25,718 bases of DNA from a virus. Taxonomy: Duplodnaviria > Caudoviricetes. Shown piece after piece: positions 7,362-16,419 of the stretch. The DNA lies in IMG/VR virus record IMGVR_UViG_3300034410_000065, positions 1 to 25,718 of that record. One strand, 5' to 3'. The notes beneath the pieces were generated by a model. It had not been told where the DNA came from. It saw only the letters and a list, made by a program, of their open reading frames with translations, and did no database searches. The position numbers and the translations under genes are program-made. The stretch's first letter is position 1; every line of letters starts with the position of its first letter.

Positions 7362-7387
7362 CCATGCCGTCTACTAAGTGTTAAGAT
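7358..7387 (+). promoter_or_regulatory. Putative sigma70 promoter with extended -10
   Basis: TTGACC-N18-TAAGAT, with TG one base before the -10, upstream of the AAGGA RBS of 7413. Confidence 0.55.
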
Positions 7388-7412
7388 GTACCCCTAGCGA
7401 AAAGGAAAATCA

Positions 7413-8252
7413 ATGTCTGATTTAGCACTAAAAGAAGATGGCTTAACAATCGAAGAAATGGCTGCAGCTTTAGGAGCAGCAAATAATAACAAGGACCGCG
7501 CACCTAGCGTGGGGGCTTTGAAGATTAACTCCTTTGGAGAGGATGCAAATGGAGATCAAATTCCCCTTGGGTCATTCTTTCTAAATAACCAGAACCCCAG
7601 AGTTTATGCAAAAGAAGGTGTACGCTTTCGGGCATTCACCAACCACATTCAGTTTCAGCATTGGGATGATGGAAAGTTACTTAACAAGTCACTCTTAGTA
7701 CTAAATCAGAAGGCACAGGCAAGGGATCAATTAGGCGGTGAAATGTGCGGCATGCCCACCTATGAGCAGTCTATTTCCATGTCTCCAAAGGAGCGTGAAG
7801 AGTATCTGGGCCGTGACAGGTATCGTATCATTCGAGGCGTAGTAAGTTACACTGGCACTACTGCTAAGGGTGAAGAGGTTACCATTGAAAATGAACCTTG
7901 CGTCCTATCACTAAAACGTAAGAACTACGGACCTTTCTACCATGACGTAACCAATCGCATGCCTAAAGGCATATCTAATCTTTGGGATTTTGAGAGTATT
8001 CTAAAGGCAGATAAGTGTAAGACTGACAAGGGTGCAGTATACTACGTCATGCGCTTTACCCCACAGTTTGATAACCTTCTGGAAGTAGATCAGATGGTTA
8101 GTGACACTATCAAGCATACGTTTGGTTTAGTAGCTAGTGAAAACAAGCGCATTGATGAGGCGTATAAGAATGCGTCAATGCAAGCGCAGGACGAAGCCTA
8201 TCAAGATGAAATTATGGATCAGGTTAACACCCTAGAGCATGACTTCGGCTAA
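7413..8252 (+). CDS. Putative single-stranded DNA-binding protein / conserved replication protein
   Basis: 279 aa between the polymerase and exonuclease genes, with a beta-rich core and an acidic C-terminus ending near an aromatic residue (EHDFG). The function is inferred from context. Confidence 0.55.
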   Translation: MSDLALKEDGLTIEEMAAALGAANNNKDRAPSVGALKINSFGEDANGDQIPLGSFFLNNQNPRVYAKEGVRFRAFTNHIQFQHWDDGKLLNKSLLVLNQKAQARDQLGGEMCGMPTYEQSISMSPKEREEYLGRDRYRIIRGVVSYTGTTAKGEEVTIENEPCVLSLKRKNYGPFYHDVTNRMPKGISNLWDFESILKADKCKTDKGAVYYVMRFTPQFDNLLEVDQMVSDTIKHTFGLVASENKRIDEAYKNASMQAQDEAYQDEIMDQVNTLEHDFG

Positions 8253-9022
8253 TGGGTTTAGTTACAGGTATGAGTAATGAGGTATACCATGCGCAAGCTG
8301 GTATATCCTCTACCGCCGTCAAAACTGTTTACAAGAAGTCGCTGGCTCACTGGAAGGGTGAGAAGCGCACTAATTCTACTGCTTTTGCCGTAGGTTCAGC
8401 CGTCCATGCTAATCTGTTAGAAGTTTCACGCGGATTAGTAATCAAAGGCCCAAAGACGCGGCGCTCTAAGATATTTACTGAGATGGAAAGTAACTTACAG
8501 GAAGATCAGATACTTCTCACTGAGGTAGAATACCATGTGGCTAACCGTATAGCTAAAGGTGCGTTAGATAACCCTACTTGTAAGGATATTCTTCAGCATC
8601 CAGAGCGTCAGAATGAGGTTAGTATATTCTCAGAGTGTGAGCGCACAGGATTAAAGCTAAAAACTCGCCCAGACTGCATGATACTGTCTAATAAGTCGGT
8701 TTATGATGTGAAGACCACCATAGACGCGAGTCCATCAGGTTTTGCGAGAGAGTGCCAGAAGTATGGGTACGATTTGCAGGGAGCCTTTTACTTATATGCC
8801 TGTCAGATGGCTAAACTAGATGTAAATGAGTTTTCTTTTATAGCGTGTGAGAAATCTGCACCCTATGTCAGTCATCTTCATGTGATTGGGCCTGAGTTAA
8901 TGGCCTCTGCTACTGAGCGAATGCATAATACCTTAGCTATAATAGCTAATGCAACTGAACAGGAAGATTTTGGTACAAGCTGGGGTGACTATTCCATCCT
9001 TGAGTTACCTAAATGGCTATAA
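8252..9022 (+). CDS. PD-(D/E)XK exonuclease, RecE/exonuclease VIII-like (DUF3799)
   Basis: Motifs YHA...ISS, GSAVH, E..., KTRPD, DVKTT, YDLQGAFY and EKSAPY. Confidence 0.88.
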   Translation: MGLVTGMSNEVYHAQAGISSTAVKTVYKKSLAHWKGEKRTNSTAFAVGSAVHANLLEVSRGLVIKGPKTRRSKIFTEMESNLQEDQILLTEVEYHVANRIAKGALDNPTCKDILQHPERQNEVSIFSECERTGLKLKTRPDCMILSNKSVYDVKTTIDASPSGFARECQKYGYDLQGAFYLYACQMAKLDVNEFSFIACEKSAPYVSHLHVIGPELMASATERMHNTLAIIANATEQEDFGTSWGDYSILELPKWL

Positions 9023-9360
9023 CCCCTCAGTCGGCTAAGGCTAAGGGGCGTAAGCTGCAACAGTGGGTTAGGGATAAACTCTATTCCTCTTTTAAACAGC
9101 TAAAAGACGGTGACATACGCTCAACATCAATGGGAGCCAATGGGGAAGATATATTATTCAGCCCTGCAGCTAGAAAGCTATTTCCCTACTCAGTTGAGTG
9201 CAAGTCAAACGCTAAGAACGCCATCTACAAGGTGATGGATCAAGCCTCAGAGAACTGCCCTAAAGGGGCAACTCCATTAGCAATAATTAAAGCAGATCGA
9301 CAGAAGCCTCTCGCTGTTGTCGATGCAGAACACTTTTTTAAACTAACTAAGAGAAAGTAA
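9013..9360 (+). CDS. PD-(D/E)XK endonuclease / Holliday junction resolvase
   Basis: SAKAKGRKLQQWV, GED, SVECK and QA...PL motifs typical of phage Hjc-like resolvases. Confidence 0.75.
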   Translation: MAITPQSAKAKGRKLQQWVRDKLYSSFKQLKDGDIRSTSMGANGEDILFSPAARKLFPYSVECKSNAKNAIYKVMDQASENCPKGATPLAIIKADRQKPLAVVDAEHFFKLTKRK

Positions 9361-9364
9361 CCCT

Positions 9365-9688
9365 ATGGATAAACCAGATAAAATTCCTGAGAACAGTATG
9401 TCTATTCAGCTAGTACTGAAAGACGATACAATGGATATTGGCGTGATGCATAATTTTGCAGAAGACCTGCCAGAAGAAGAGCGCATCTTCTACACAGATG
9501 CCTTAAATGGATTGGTAGCGCAGCTTAATACGGGCCTTGAGACAATGGCCTTCACTGGAATGCTTCTTCGTCAGTTAACTGAATTAGAGGAAGACGATGG
9601 GGAGGGTATAGACTTTGAGGCTGCACCAGAGCTTCTGGAAGCTATCGCAGAAAATAAAGTCATAAAATTCAAGAAGAAGCTTCACTGA
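9365..9688 (+). CDS. Hypothetical protein (107 aa, acidic)
   Basis: ORF within the operon; it ends in NKVIKFKKKLH, a type of tail seen in small marine phage proteins. Confidence 0.75.
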   Translation: MDKPDKIPENSMSIQLVLKDDTMDIGVMHNFAEDLPEEERIFYTDALNGLVAQLNTGLETMAFTGMLLRQLTELEEDDGEGIDFEAAPELLEAIAENKVIKFKKKLH

Positions 9689-9954
9689 TGTTGCGTGACT
9701 TCGACGCTGAAGAGCGAATGGCTTCACTGGACCGCGACATGGTCAACAGCCCACCTCACTATAATCAAACCATCGAATGCATTGATGCTATGGAAGCAAT
9801 GTCAGCGGGTTCGGGAGTAGCACCTCACGCAGCATATTGCTGGCAGAACTCTTTTAAATATCTCTGGCGCTGGCCTTACAAAGACAAACCTATCGAAGAT
9901 CTCAAAAAGGCCCGCTGGTATCTGGATCGTCTGATTGAGGAACTTGAAGAATGA
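9688..9954 (+). CDS. DUF3310 protein (T7 gp1.7-like putative nucleotide kinase)
   Basis: DMVNSPPHY, IECIDA, KYLWRW..K and EDLKKARWYL. Confidence 0.88.
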   Translation: MLRDFDAEERMASLDRDMVNSPPHYNQTIECIDAMEAMSAGSGVAPHAAYCWQNSFKYLWRWPYKDKPIEDLKKARWYLDRLIEELEE

Positions 9955-10421
9955 TCACGCAAGAAGATATCGACGCAGTGGCTGAACTAGCAGAGCCACT
10001 ACCGCAAGCTGGCCTTCACGACATGCCAGATGATTGGGATAAACACAGACATCTATCGCCTTTAGAAATGGTATCGGACTTCGCTTCCAGAATGGAACAG
10101 CCATTAGGCGAGAAATGGAAGTTCAGTACGAAGCTTGAAGATTTTCGCTGGAAAATGATTCAAGAGGAATACGGAGAGTCTTTTGATGAAAGCTGCAACG
10201 GAAATAACCCAGAGGCAATGCTCAAGGAGTTAGCTGACTTAGTCTACGTTATTTACGGTTACGCAGCCACATACGGTTGGAATTTAGACAAAGCAGTTCG
10301 CCGTGTACACCAATCCAACATGAGCAAGCTGGGCCTAGACGGCAAGCCGCTTAAAGGGCCAGACGGCAAAGTGCAGAAGGGTCCGAATTATAAAAAACCA
10401 GATTTGAAAGATTTAATATGA
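9951..10421 (+). CDS. MazG-like / PRA-PH-like nucleoside triphosphate pyrophosphohydrolase
   Basis: IQEEYGE...KELADLVYV.YG...VHQSNMSKL...DGKVQKGPNY. Confidence 0.88.
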   Translation: MITQEDIDAVAELAEPLPQAGLHDMPDDWDKHRHLSPLEMVSDFASRMEQPLGEKWKFSTKLEDFRWKMIQEEYGESFDESCNGNNPEAMLKELADLVYVIYGYAATYGWNLDKAVRRVHQSNMSKLGLDGKPLKGPDGKVQKGPNYKKPDLKDLI

Positions 10422-12403
10422 AAAGTAATTACTTACCTTCCGACTACCAGACATTTATTGCCACCTCACGCTACGCACGTTGGCTAGAGGATGAAGGGCG
10501 AAGAGAAACTTGGCCTGAGACAGTATCTAGGTACATGACTAACATTGTTATTCCCTTTATGGAATATGAAAGTAATGGCACAATCACTACAGACTCGGAT
10601 ACAGCCTCTGAAATTGAAGAAGCTATACTGAACCTAGAAGTCACACCCTCTATGCGAGCTATGATGACTGCAGGTTTAGCAAGCCAAAAAGACAATACAA
10701 GCATGTATAATTGTAGCTACCTAGCCGTAGATCGTCCTATAGCCTTCGATGAAGCAATGTACATCTTGCTTAACGGAACTGGTGTCGGGTTCAGTGTAGA
10801 GAGGCAGTACGTCAGTAAGCTGCCAGACATCCCAAGTGACCTTTTCTACTCCGACACTGTTGTCAGTATTAAGGATAGTAAGGCTGGGTGGGCTAAGGGT
10901 CTTAGACAAGTTTTGGCTCTCCTATGGGCTGGTGAAATCCCTCAGTGGGATGTTTCAAAGGTTAGACCTGCAGGTGCTAGATTGAAAACTTTTGGCGGTA
11001 GGGCTTCTGGACCTGCGCCTCTAGTGGATTTGTTTAACTTCGTCGTTACTACCTTTAAGAATGCTTCTGGCAGAAAGTTGTCTTCCGTAGAAGCCCACGA
11101 CATCATGTGTAAGATAGGTGAGGTAGTCGTAGTTGGTGGAGTTCGGCGCAGTGCCATGATTAGCTTATCTAATTTAAGCGATGACAGAATGCGTCACGCT
11201 AAGTCAGGTGCTTGGTATTTAAATGACCCTCAACGGGCGTTGGCTAATAACTCAGTTTCCTACTCAGAGAAGCCAGACATGAAGAGCTTTATGCGTGAGT
11301 GGGTGGCCTTAGTGGAAAGTGGTTCTGGAGAGAGAGGCATTTTCAACAGGGAAGCAGCTAATAAACAAGCCGCTAAGAATGGGCGGCGTAAAGAATATAG
11401 TGATTTTGGAACAAATCCTTGTTCAGAAATAATTTTACGAAGTGCTGGCGTGTGTAACTTAACTGAGTGTGTAGTACGAGCCACTGATGATATAGACTCA
11501 TTAGAGCGTAAGGTTAAATTAGCCACTATTCTTGGAACCATACAGTCTACATATACTTACTTCCCCTACCTGAGTAAGCGTTGGTCAGACAATGCCAGTG
11601 AGGAAAGGCTTCTAGGAGTAAGTCTTACGGGTATTATGGATAACCCCCTGATGACAAATGATAACCCAAACCTAGCACAAATTCTAAACCGTCTTAAACA
11701 GGTAGCAATTGATACCAATAAGGAGTGGGCCGAATTATTAGACATTCCTCAGTCGGCTGCTATTACCTGCGTGAAACCATCGGGCACAGTTTCACAACTT
11801 GTTGATTCCAGTAGCGGATTGCACCCACGACACTCCCCTTTCTACATTCGTACAGTACGGGGTGATAATAAAGATCCTTTAACTCAATTTATGATTGATC
11901 AAGGTATACCTGCAGAGCCTGACGTTATGAAGCCAGATGCTACCACCGTATTCAGCTTCCCATTCAAAGCTCCTGATAATGCAGTCTGTACAGAGGATGT
12001 TCCGGCTATTGAACAACTACAGACTTGGCTGGCGTACCAGAGACATTGGTGTGAACATAAACCAAGCGTGACGATAAATGTTCAGTCAGATGAGTGGATG
12101 TCTGTAGGTGCTTTCGTCTATGAACACTTCGATGAGATGTCTGGTGTCAGCTTCTTGCCGTACAATGAACATACATATCAGCAAGCTCCGTACCAAGAGT
12201 GTGATGAGACTGAGCCTAAGTTTGTACATGACAAGGATGGCCCTACGGATCAAATACTTACTCATAGCTACAAGAGTATGCTTGAAATGATGCCTGATAG
12301 CATTGATTGGTCTAAGTTATCTGCCTACGAGAAAGAAGATAACACATCTGGATCACAGACCCTCGCATGCAGTGGTGACGTATGTGAAATGGTTGATATT
12401 TAA
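10418..12403 (+). CDS. nrdJ: Class II (adenosylcobalamin-dependent) monomeric ribonucleotide reductase
   Basis: YNC, GTGVGFS, GGVRRSA, TNPCSE, TCVKPSGT, EHKPS and a C-terminal CSGDVC pair. No beta-subunit gene is nearby. Confidence 0.94.
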   Translation: MKSNYLPSDYQTFIATSRYARWLEDEGRRETWPETVSRYMTNIVIPFMEYESNGTITTDSDTASEIEEAILNLEVTPSMRAMMTAGLASQKDNTSMYNCSYLAVDRPIAFDEAMYILLNGTGVGFSVERQYVSKLPDIPSDLFYSDTVVSIKDSKAGWAKGLRQVLALLWAGEIPQWDVSKVRPAGARLKTFGGRASGPAPLVDLFNFVVTTFKNASGRKLSSVEAHDIMCKIGEVVVVGGVRRSAMISLSNLSDDRMRHAKSGAWYLNDPQRALANNSVSYSEKPDMKSFMREWVALVESGSGERGIFNREAANKQAAKNGRRKEYSDFGTNPCSEIILRSAGVCNLTECVVRATDDIDSLERKVKLATILGTIQSTYTYFPYLSKRWSDNASEERLLGVSLTGIMDNPLMTNDNPNLAQILNRLKQVAIDTNKEWAELLDIPQSAAITCVKPSGTVSQLVDSSSGLHPRHSPFYIRTVRGDNKDPLTQFMIDQGIPAEPDVMKPDATTVFSFPFKAPDNAVCTEDVPAIEQLQTWLAYQRHWCEHKPSVTINVQSDEWMSVGAFVYEHFDEMSGVSFLPYNEHTYQQAPYQECDETEPKFVHDKDGPTDQILTHSYKSMLEMMPDSIDWSKLSAYEKEDNTSGSQTLACSGDVCEMVDI

Positions 12404-12414
12404 TGATTAATTAC

Positions 12415-12449
12415 AAAAAAAAGCCCCCAAGTCGCTTGACTTAGAGGCT
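12415..12449 (-). terminator. Rho-independent terminator for the structural (-) arm
   Basis: On the - strand: AGCCTCTAAGTC-aagc-GACTTGGGGGCT-TTTTTTT, a 12-bp stem with two G-U pairs that form only on -. Confidence 0.85.
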
Positions 12450-12464
12450 GATTTACACTACTTT
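12436..12464 (+). promoter_or_regulatory. Putative sigma70 promoter embedded in the terminator hairpin
   Basis: TTGACT-N17-TACTTT. Confidence 0.5.
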
Positions 12465-12469
12465 AAGAG

Positions 12470-12563
12470 CATCAAAAGATTCCAAGATTTTTTTGGTATA
12501 TGGGTTTGGTCACCCATCTTAGTTGGAAGCCCTCTGCATTATTTGCAGGGGGTTTTCTTTATT
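12470..12563 (+). ncRNA. Candidate ~90-nt small RNA
   Basis: A promoter lies upstream. The outer stem TTCCAA/TTGGAA encloses ATGGGT-ttggtc-ACCCAT, followed by an intrinsic terminator. No ORF is present. Confidence 0.45.
12527..12563 (+). terminator. Rho-independent terminator for + strand transcripts
   Basis: GCCCTCTGCA-ttatt-TGCAGGGGGT followed by TTTCTTTT; the G-U pairs are valid on +. Confidence 0.85.
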
Positions 12564-15500
12564 GAACTCCCAATTCTAGCATCTGTGCGTCTAGCTCACT
12601 ATCGTCGCCAGTTATACCGTAGAGTGTATTAGTAGCCATCGAAGGTTGAGACCTGTCGTATGACTGCTTACCTATGCCAGCTACCTGATTGGCCACATAC
12701 TTAGTGCCATCCCATAGTAATCCACCAGTAGTCCTGACTACGCCCTGATCCCTGTACTTATTCTTAATATTGTTAAAGCCTTCTTGGATGACTGTGGCGG
12801 CTCTCTTCTGAACCTTCTTATTTTTACTTATGTAGTCAGCTAGTAGCTTAGGATTTAAGAACAAGATTTCCATCTGCTTACGTCTGTTACCAGCAGGGAA
12901 TTTATTTACTAGATTTTTAAAGAATTGAGACCCAATCGCTGCAGTCTGCAGGGAAGCCTGACCAGAGCCGCCTAGTACACCTACGTTAGCACCTGCAATC
13001 CTAGCTAAGTTATCTAACATGGCTGCAGACTGCGACAGTACAGTGTTAAATTGAGTACCAGTTTCGGTAGTCTTCTGGATACGAACAGCTTCATTCAGTA
13101 GCAGACCTACAGCCTCTACGGAATCCTGATCTATCAGGCCATTCTTCTGCATTATTTCAATTCTAGTAGTACCCTTAGTTGCATTAGTATCTACGGGCGC
13201 AAATAACTGTTGAGTTAACGCTAGGAAGTCTATCTCACCATCTTTCATGGATGCACCTAGCATAAGGTCAAAGGTAGAGGCTCTAAGGTGATCCATAGCC
13301 GTCTTAACTTCTTCTGGGCTTCTGCGTTGAGCTACAGCCGCATCCTTAATAACCTTGACTAGATTACTATAGTCTTGGTCGGGGTTCTTACCATTGAATA
13401 CCTCTGCGACTGCAGTATTAAAGTTTTCAGTATCCTTAAAGTTATCTACCTTAGCTGCATACCCTGCAGCCTCTTCAGAAGCCGCCAGCAAGTCCTCTGC
13501 TATTTGCTTAACTTGAGGGAAACGATTAAGAAGCTCCTTATTATCATCCAGCCAAGTATTGAGCGCCTGTTCTGTAGGAATGCTATCCCTTATGCTGTTG
13601 TCTCTGAGCTTACGGATCTCTCCCAAGAGCATTGTCTCCTGTTCAGCCGACATTCTAGGCCCAAGAGGTTTTATCTCAGGGGGTACATCCAGTTCTCCGT
13701 ATAATTGCTCATTGTCTAATGAGAATATACCTTCACCTTCGTATACGTCTTCTGGTGGCGGGGGTGGAGTTTCATTCTGTTTAAAGGGTTTAGTCTCAGG
13801 AGTGAATACTGTGGCTCCATCTGCATTAGCTATTATAGCTTCGTCTTTAGACTTCGGAGTATCAGCTACCCGCATACGCTCCATAGGATATACGGGCGCT
13901 CTATCCCAAAATGCTTTTAGAGCTTCAGACATAGACGGCGTATCTGGACCTTCTATTAGACCATCTCTGTCTAGTGAAGGGTCTGCCTTTACGGGATTTA
14001 CGTCAGCCGCTGCTTGTCTCGCCCCTGCCTCTAGTGCGTCATCTGTCTGTTGCTGCACAGTACCTATTGCTGCTACATCTGCAAAATCTGCAGCTTCGCC
14101 AGCGTCACGCAGGTTTACGTTCTTCTGCAGTAGAGATCCATTAGTTGCACTCTCTGCAGCTAGTCTAGGATCATTAGAGAACCCACCAGAGCCAGCCCTC
14201 TCTAGAGTACTTTTAACCCAAAATCTATTATACTTCTCATTCAGCGCGGCACTGAATTTTCTAGCCATCTTAATGTCTTGGCTCTTATAGCCCTTTACAT
14301 TATTTAGAAGCTCCACTGCAGATGCCGCTATCTCATCGTAAATGTCTGCAGTCTTTAGATCAGGTGTAGGTCCACTACCTGCCATCCTAGCCTTGTTGAG
14401 AAAATAACTACGGAATTTTAATACTTCCCCTACGCTTACGGCTTCACCTCTTTCGGCTCTACCTATCATGCTACTAAGCACCTGATTAGGTGTTACGTCA
14501 CCATCTGCTATTGGGGCCGCTGACGGTAGTTTTTCCCTCTGCGCTTCAATGGTACGGGCAATTCCTTCGGGATTAACCTGTACTGTCGGATCTACACGCT
14601 CCCACCAAAATGTCTCCATAGCGCGAAGGTTTGTCTTGCCTTCCCTGAGAAGACCTTGGATTGCTAGACCCGCCTGTTCTACATTGCCTTCTGGAATAGC
14701 TTTTAGGATTTCCAGCATTCTTGATGACCTAGATTTATATTCAGCCTGTAGAATGGCTTGAACATATCTACTCTGCATCAACTCACCTAGTTGAGCCGTT
14801 CCTTCTCCTTGTAGTAGCTTTCTAGAAAGTGCCTCAATACCAGCCAGCGCCTCACTAATTTGCTGGTTTACCTTAGTCTTAAATTGATCAGATCCATTAA
14901 GCAGGTAGTTCTGTGCGCCTACTAGAACTTCACTGTCAGTGGCAGTACCTGCAGGTAACGCGCTAGAGGAAGCGTCTAGGGCATTTAACTTACCTAAGAA
15001 GGTTTCTACTTCGTATTCTTTGGATTGCGCCTCTAGCCTCTCAGCTTCCGCTATATTACCGTCAGTCCTTGCCTGATCCGCTTGATTTTTAAGACCCTGT
15101 CTAAATTCTTCTGCAAGTATTATGAGGTCTTGTGCTGCACCATTTCTACCGCCTTCTGTAGTCGTGCCAGATATAATTCTATCTACTGCATTTTTACCTA
15201 GCTGTAAGACAGGTGCGTTGTTAAGAATAGTCTTGACTGTCGCTGGTGCTAAGGTAAAGCCAAAGCCGCCAGCAAGTTCACCTATTAGCTGACCGTATGG
15301 ATTATTCGGGTATTGCTTTTGCATAAAGGCTGCACCAGAAGATGCGCCTAAAAGTGCCAAGGCTTCTGAGCTAAGTACAGCTTTAGGGTTCTCAGCCATA
15401 GATCTAAGTACTGGATGCATTGTTGGGCTGGTGGCTAATTTAGTTCCAGCCTTCAAGGATGCCCTGTAGAGAGCCGCTGCAAAGCCAATGTTCTCTCCGA

Positions 15501-16419
15501 ATACTCTGTTGAATTGGTAAGTAGCTCTAAGATCCTCTGGTATCTCACGCACACTATCTGGAAGGTCGATGCCTAATTTCCTTAGACCTTCGCGGATGCT
15601 CTGCGAGCCGCCCAAAGGATAGCTAACATCTTCATCTACGTCATCGCTAAACAGGCTGGGTACAGTTTTTCTCTGATACGGCTGAAAATAAAAGTCTGGG
15701 TCATAGTTAGGACTATCAGGATCATCTACCCCTTCTGGGGCATTAAGGCTGGCAAGAAAGTTTGCCCCCTTTTTCCCAGCTTCTGACAATAGAGATAATA
15801 AGTCTACTGGTAGACCTAAAGTAGTTACAGCCGCATTGCCAAGCGCCAAAGCAGATGTCTGCATTGGACTGATATCCCTGACAAACTCACCTGTCATTAA
15901 GACGTTTAATATTTCTTGGGGTGGAGTACCGTCTTCAAAAGCCTTCTTAAAGTCGTAGGTAGTTCCATCTATGTCAAAGGTATCTATCCCCGCCGTAAAC
16001 AGATATTCTATAATAGCCTCTGGGGGAGCATTGTCTTGAAGAGCCTCTAGCATAGGTGCAGCATTAATAGCTTGCTTTTCTTCAGACGGCATAGTTGCAG
16101 AGGCAATAGCTTCATCGTCCAGCATTTCCGCTGTCTGTAAATCCGTACTATCTAGCACAGGGCCGACAGTGTCTTGCTGTACGGGAATAGGTTCCACATC
16201 AGGAGTTGCTGGATATGGAATGTCAGCCGCCGCTGAAATGGCATCTTCCCTAGAGTCACTGTCTGGTACAGATGTCTCTGGTGCAGTATCCTCTAACGCA
16301 GATAACTGAGCATCAAGCTCTTCGTCTGACAAGGTCGTAATATCGTCCGTATCATCTTCTAATTCAGCAAGTTGCTTTTCAATCTCTTCATCTGAAAGTA
16401 AGGATAAATCAGCTTCCAT
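12559..16419 (-). CDS. Large putative internal virion (ejection) protein, 1286 aa
   Basis: Long alpha-helical, Ala-rich ORF at the end of the structural arm, with an acidic N-terminus and Gly-rich hydrophobic segments. The function is inferred from podophage gene order. Confidence 0.65.
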   Translation of the reverse strand: MEADLSLLSDEEIEKQLAELEDDTDDITTLSDEELDAQLSALEDTAPETSVPDSDSREDAISAAADIPYPATPDVEPIPVQQDTVGPVLDSTDLQTAEMLDDEAIASATMPSEEKQAINAAPMLEALQDNAPPEAIIEYLFTAGIDTFDIDGTTYDFKKAFEDGTPPQEILNVLMTGEFVRDISPMQTSALALGNAAVTTLGLPVDLLSLLSEAGKKGANFLASLNAPEGVDDPDSPNYDPDFYFQPYQRKTVPSLFSDDVDEDVSYPLGGSQSIREGLRKLGIDLPDSVREIPEDLRATYQFNRVFGENIGFAAALYRASLKAGTKLATSPTMHPVLRSMAENPKAVLSSEALALLGASSGAAFMQKQYPNNPYGQLIGELAGGFGFTLAPATVKTILNNAPVLQLGKNAVDRIISGTTTEGGRNGAAQDLIILAEEFRQGLKNQADQARTDGNIAEAERLEAQSKEYEVETFLGKLNALDASSSALPAGTATDSEVLVGAQNYLLNGSDQFKTKVNQQISEALAGIEALSRKLLQGEGTAQLGELMQSRYVQAILQAEYKSRSSRMLEILKAIPEGNVEQAGLAIQGLLREGKTNLRAMETFWWERVDPTVQVNPEGIARTIEAQREKLPSAAPIADGDVTPNQVLSSMIGRAERGEAVSVGEVLKFRSYFLNKARMAGSGPTPDLKTADIYDEIAASAVELLNNVKGYKSQDIKMARKFSAALNEKYNRFWVKSTLERAGSGGFSNDPRLAAESATNGSLLQKNVNLRDAGEAADFADVAAIGTVQQQTDDALEAGARQAAADVNPVKADPSLDRDGLIEGPDTPSMSEALKAFWDRAPVYPMERMRVADTPKSKDEAIIANADGATVFTPETKPFKQNETPPPPPEDVYEGEGIFSLDNEQLYGELDVPPEIKPLGPRMSAEQETMLLGEIRKLRDNSIRDSIPTEQALNTWLDDNKELLNRFPQVKQIAEDLLAASEEAAGYAAKVDNFKDTENFNTAVAEVFNGKNPDQDYSNLVKVIKDAAVAQRRSPEEVKTAMDHLRASTFDLMLGASMKDGEIDFLALTQQLFAPVDTNATKGTTRIEIMQKNGLIDQDSVEAVGLLLNEAVRIQKTTETGTQFNTVLSQSAAMLDNLARIAGANVGVLGGSGQASLQTAAIGSQFFKNLVNKFPAGNRRKQMEILFLNPKLLADYISKNKKVQKRAATVIQEGFNNIKNKYRDQGVVRTTGGLLWDGTKYVANQVAGIGKQSYDRSQPSMATNTLYGITGDDSELDAQMLELGVQ

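Noticed and set aside
5169-12403. Intein or intron in the polymerase or RNR
   Set aside because: Both ORFs are continuous and of normal length, with no intein splice motifs or homing endonuclease motifs seen.
13559-14290. 243-aa + strand ORF and other antisense ORFs (e.g. 20342-20719, 20906-21400, 23590-23967)
   Set aside because: These are Ser/Ala-rich shadows of the codon usage of real genes on the opposite strand, with no recognisable motifs.
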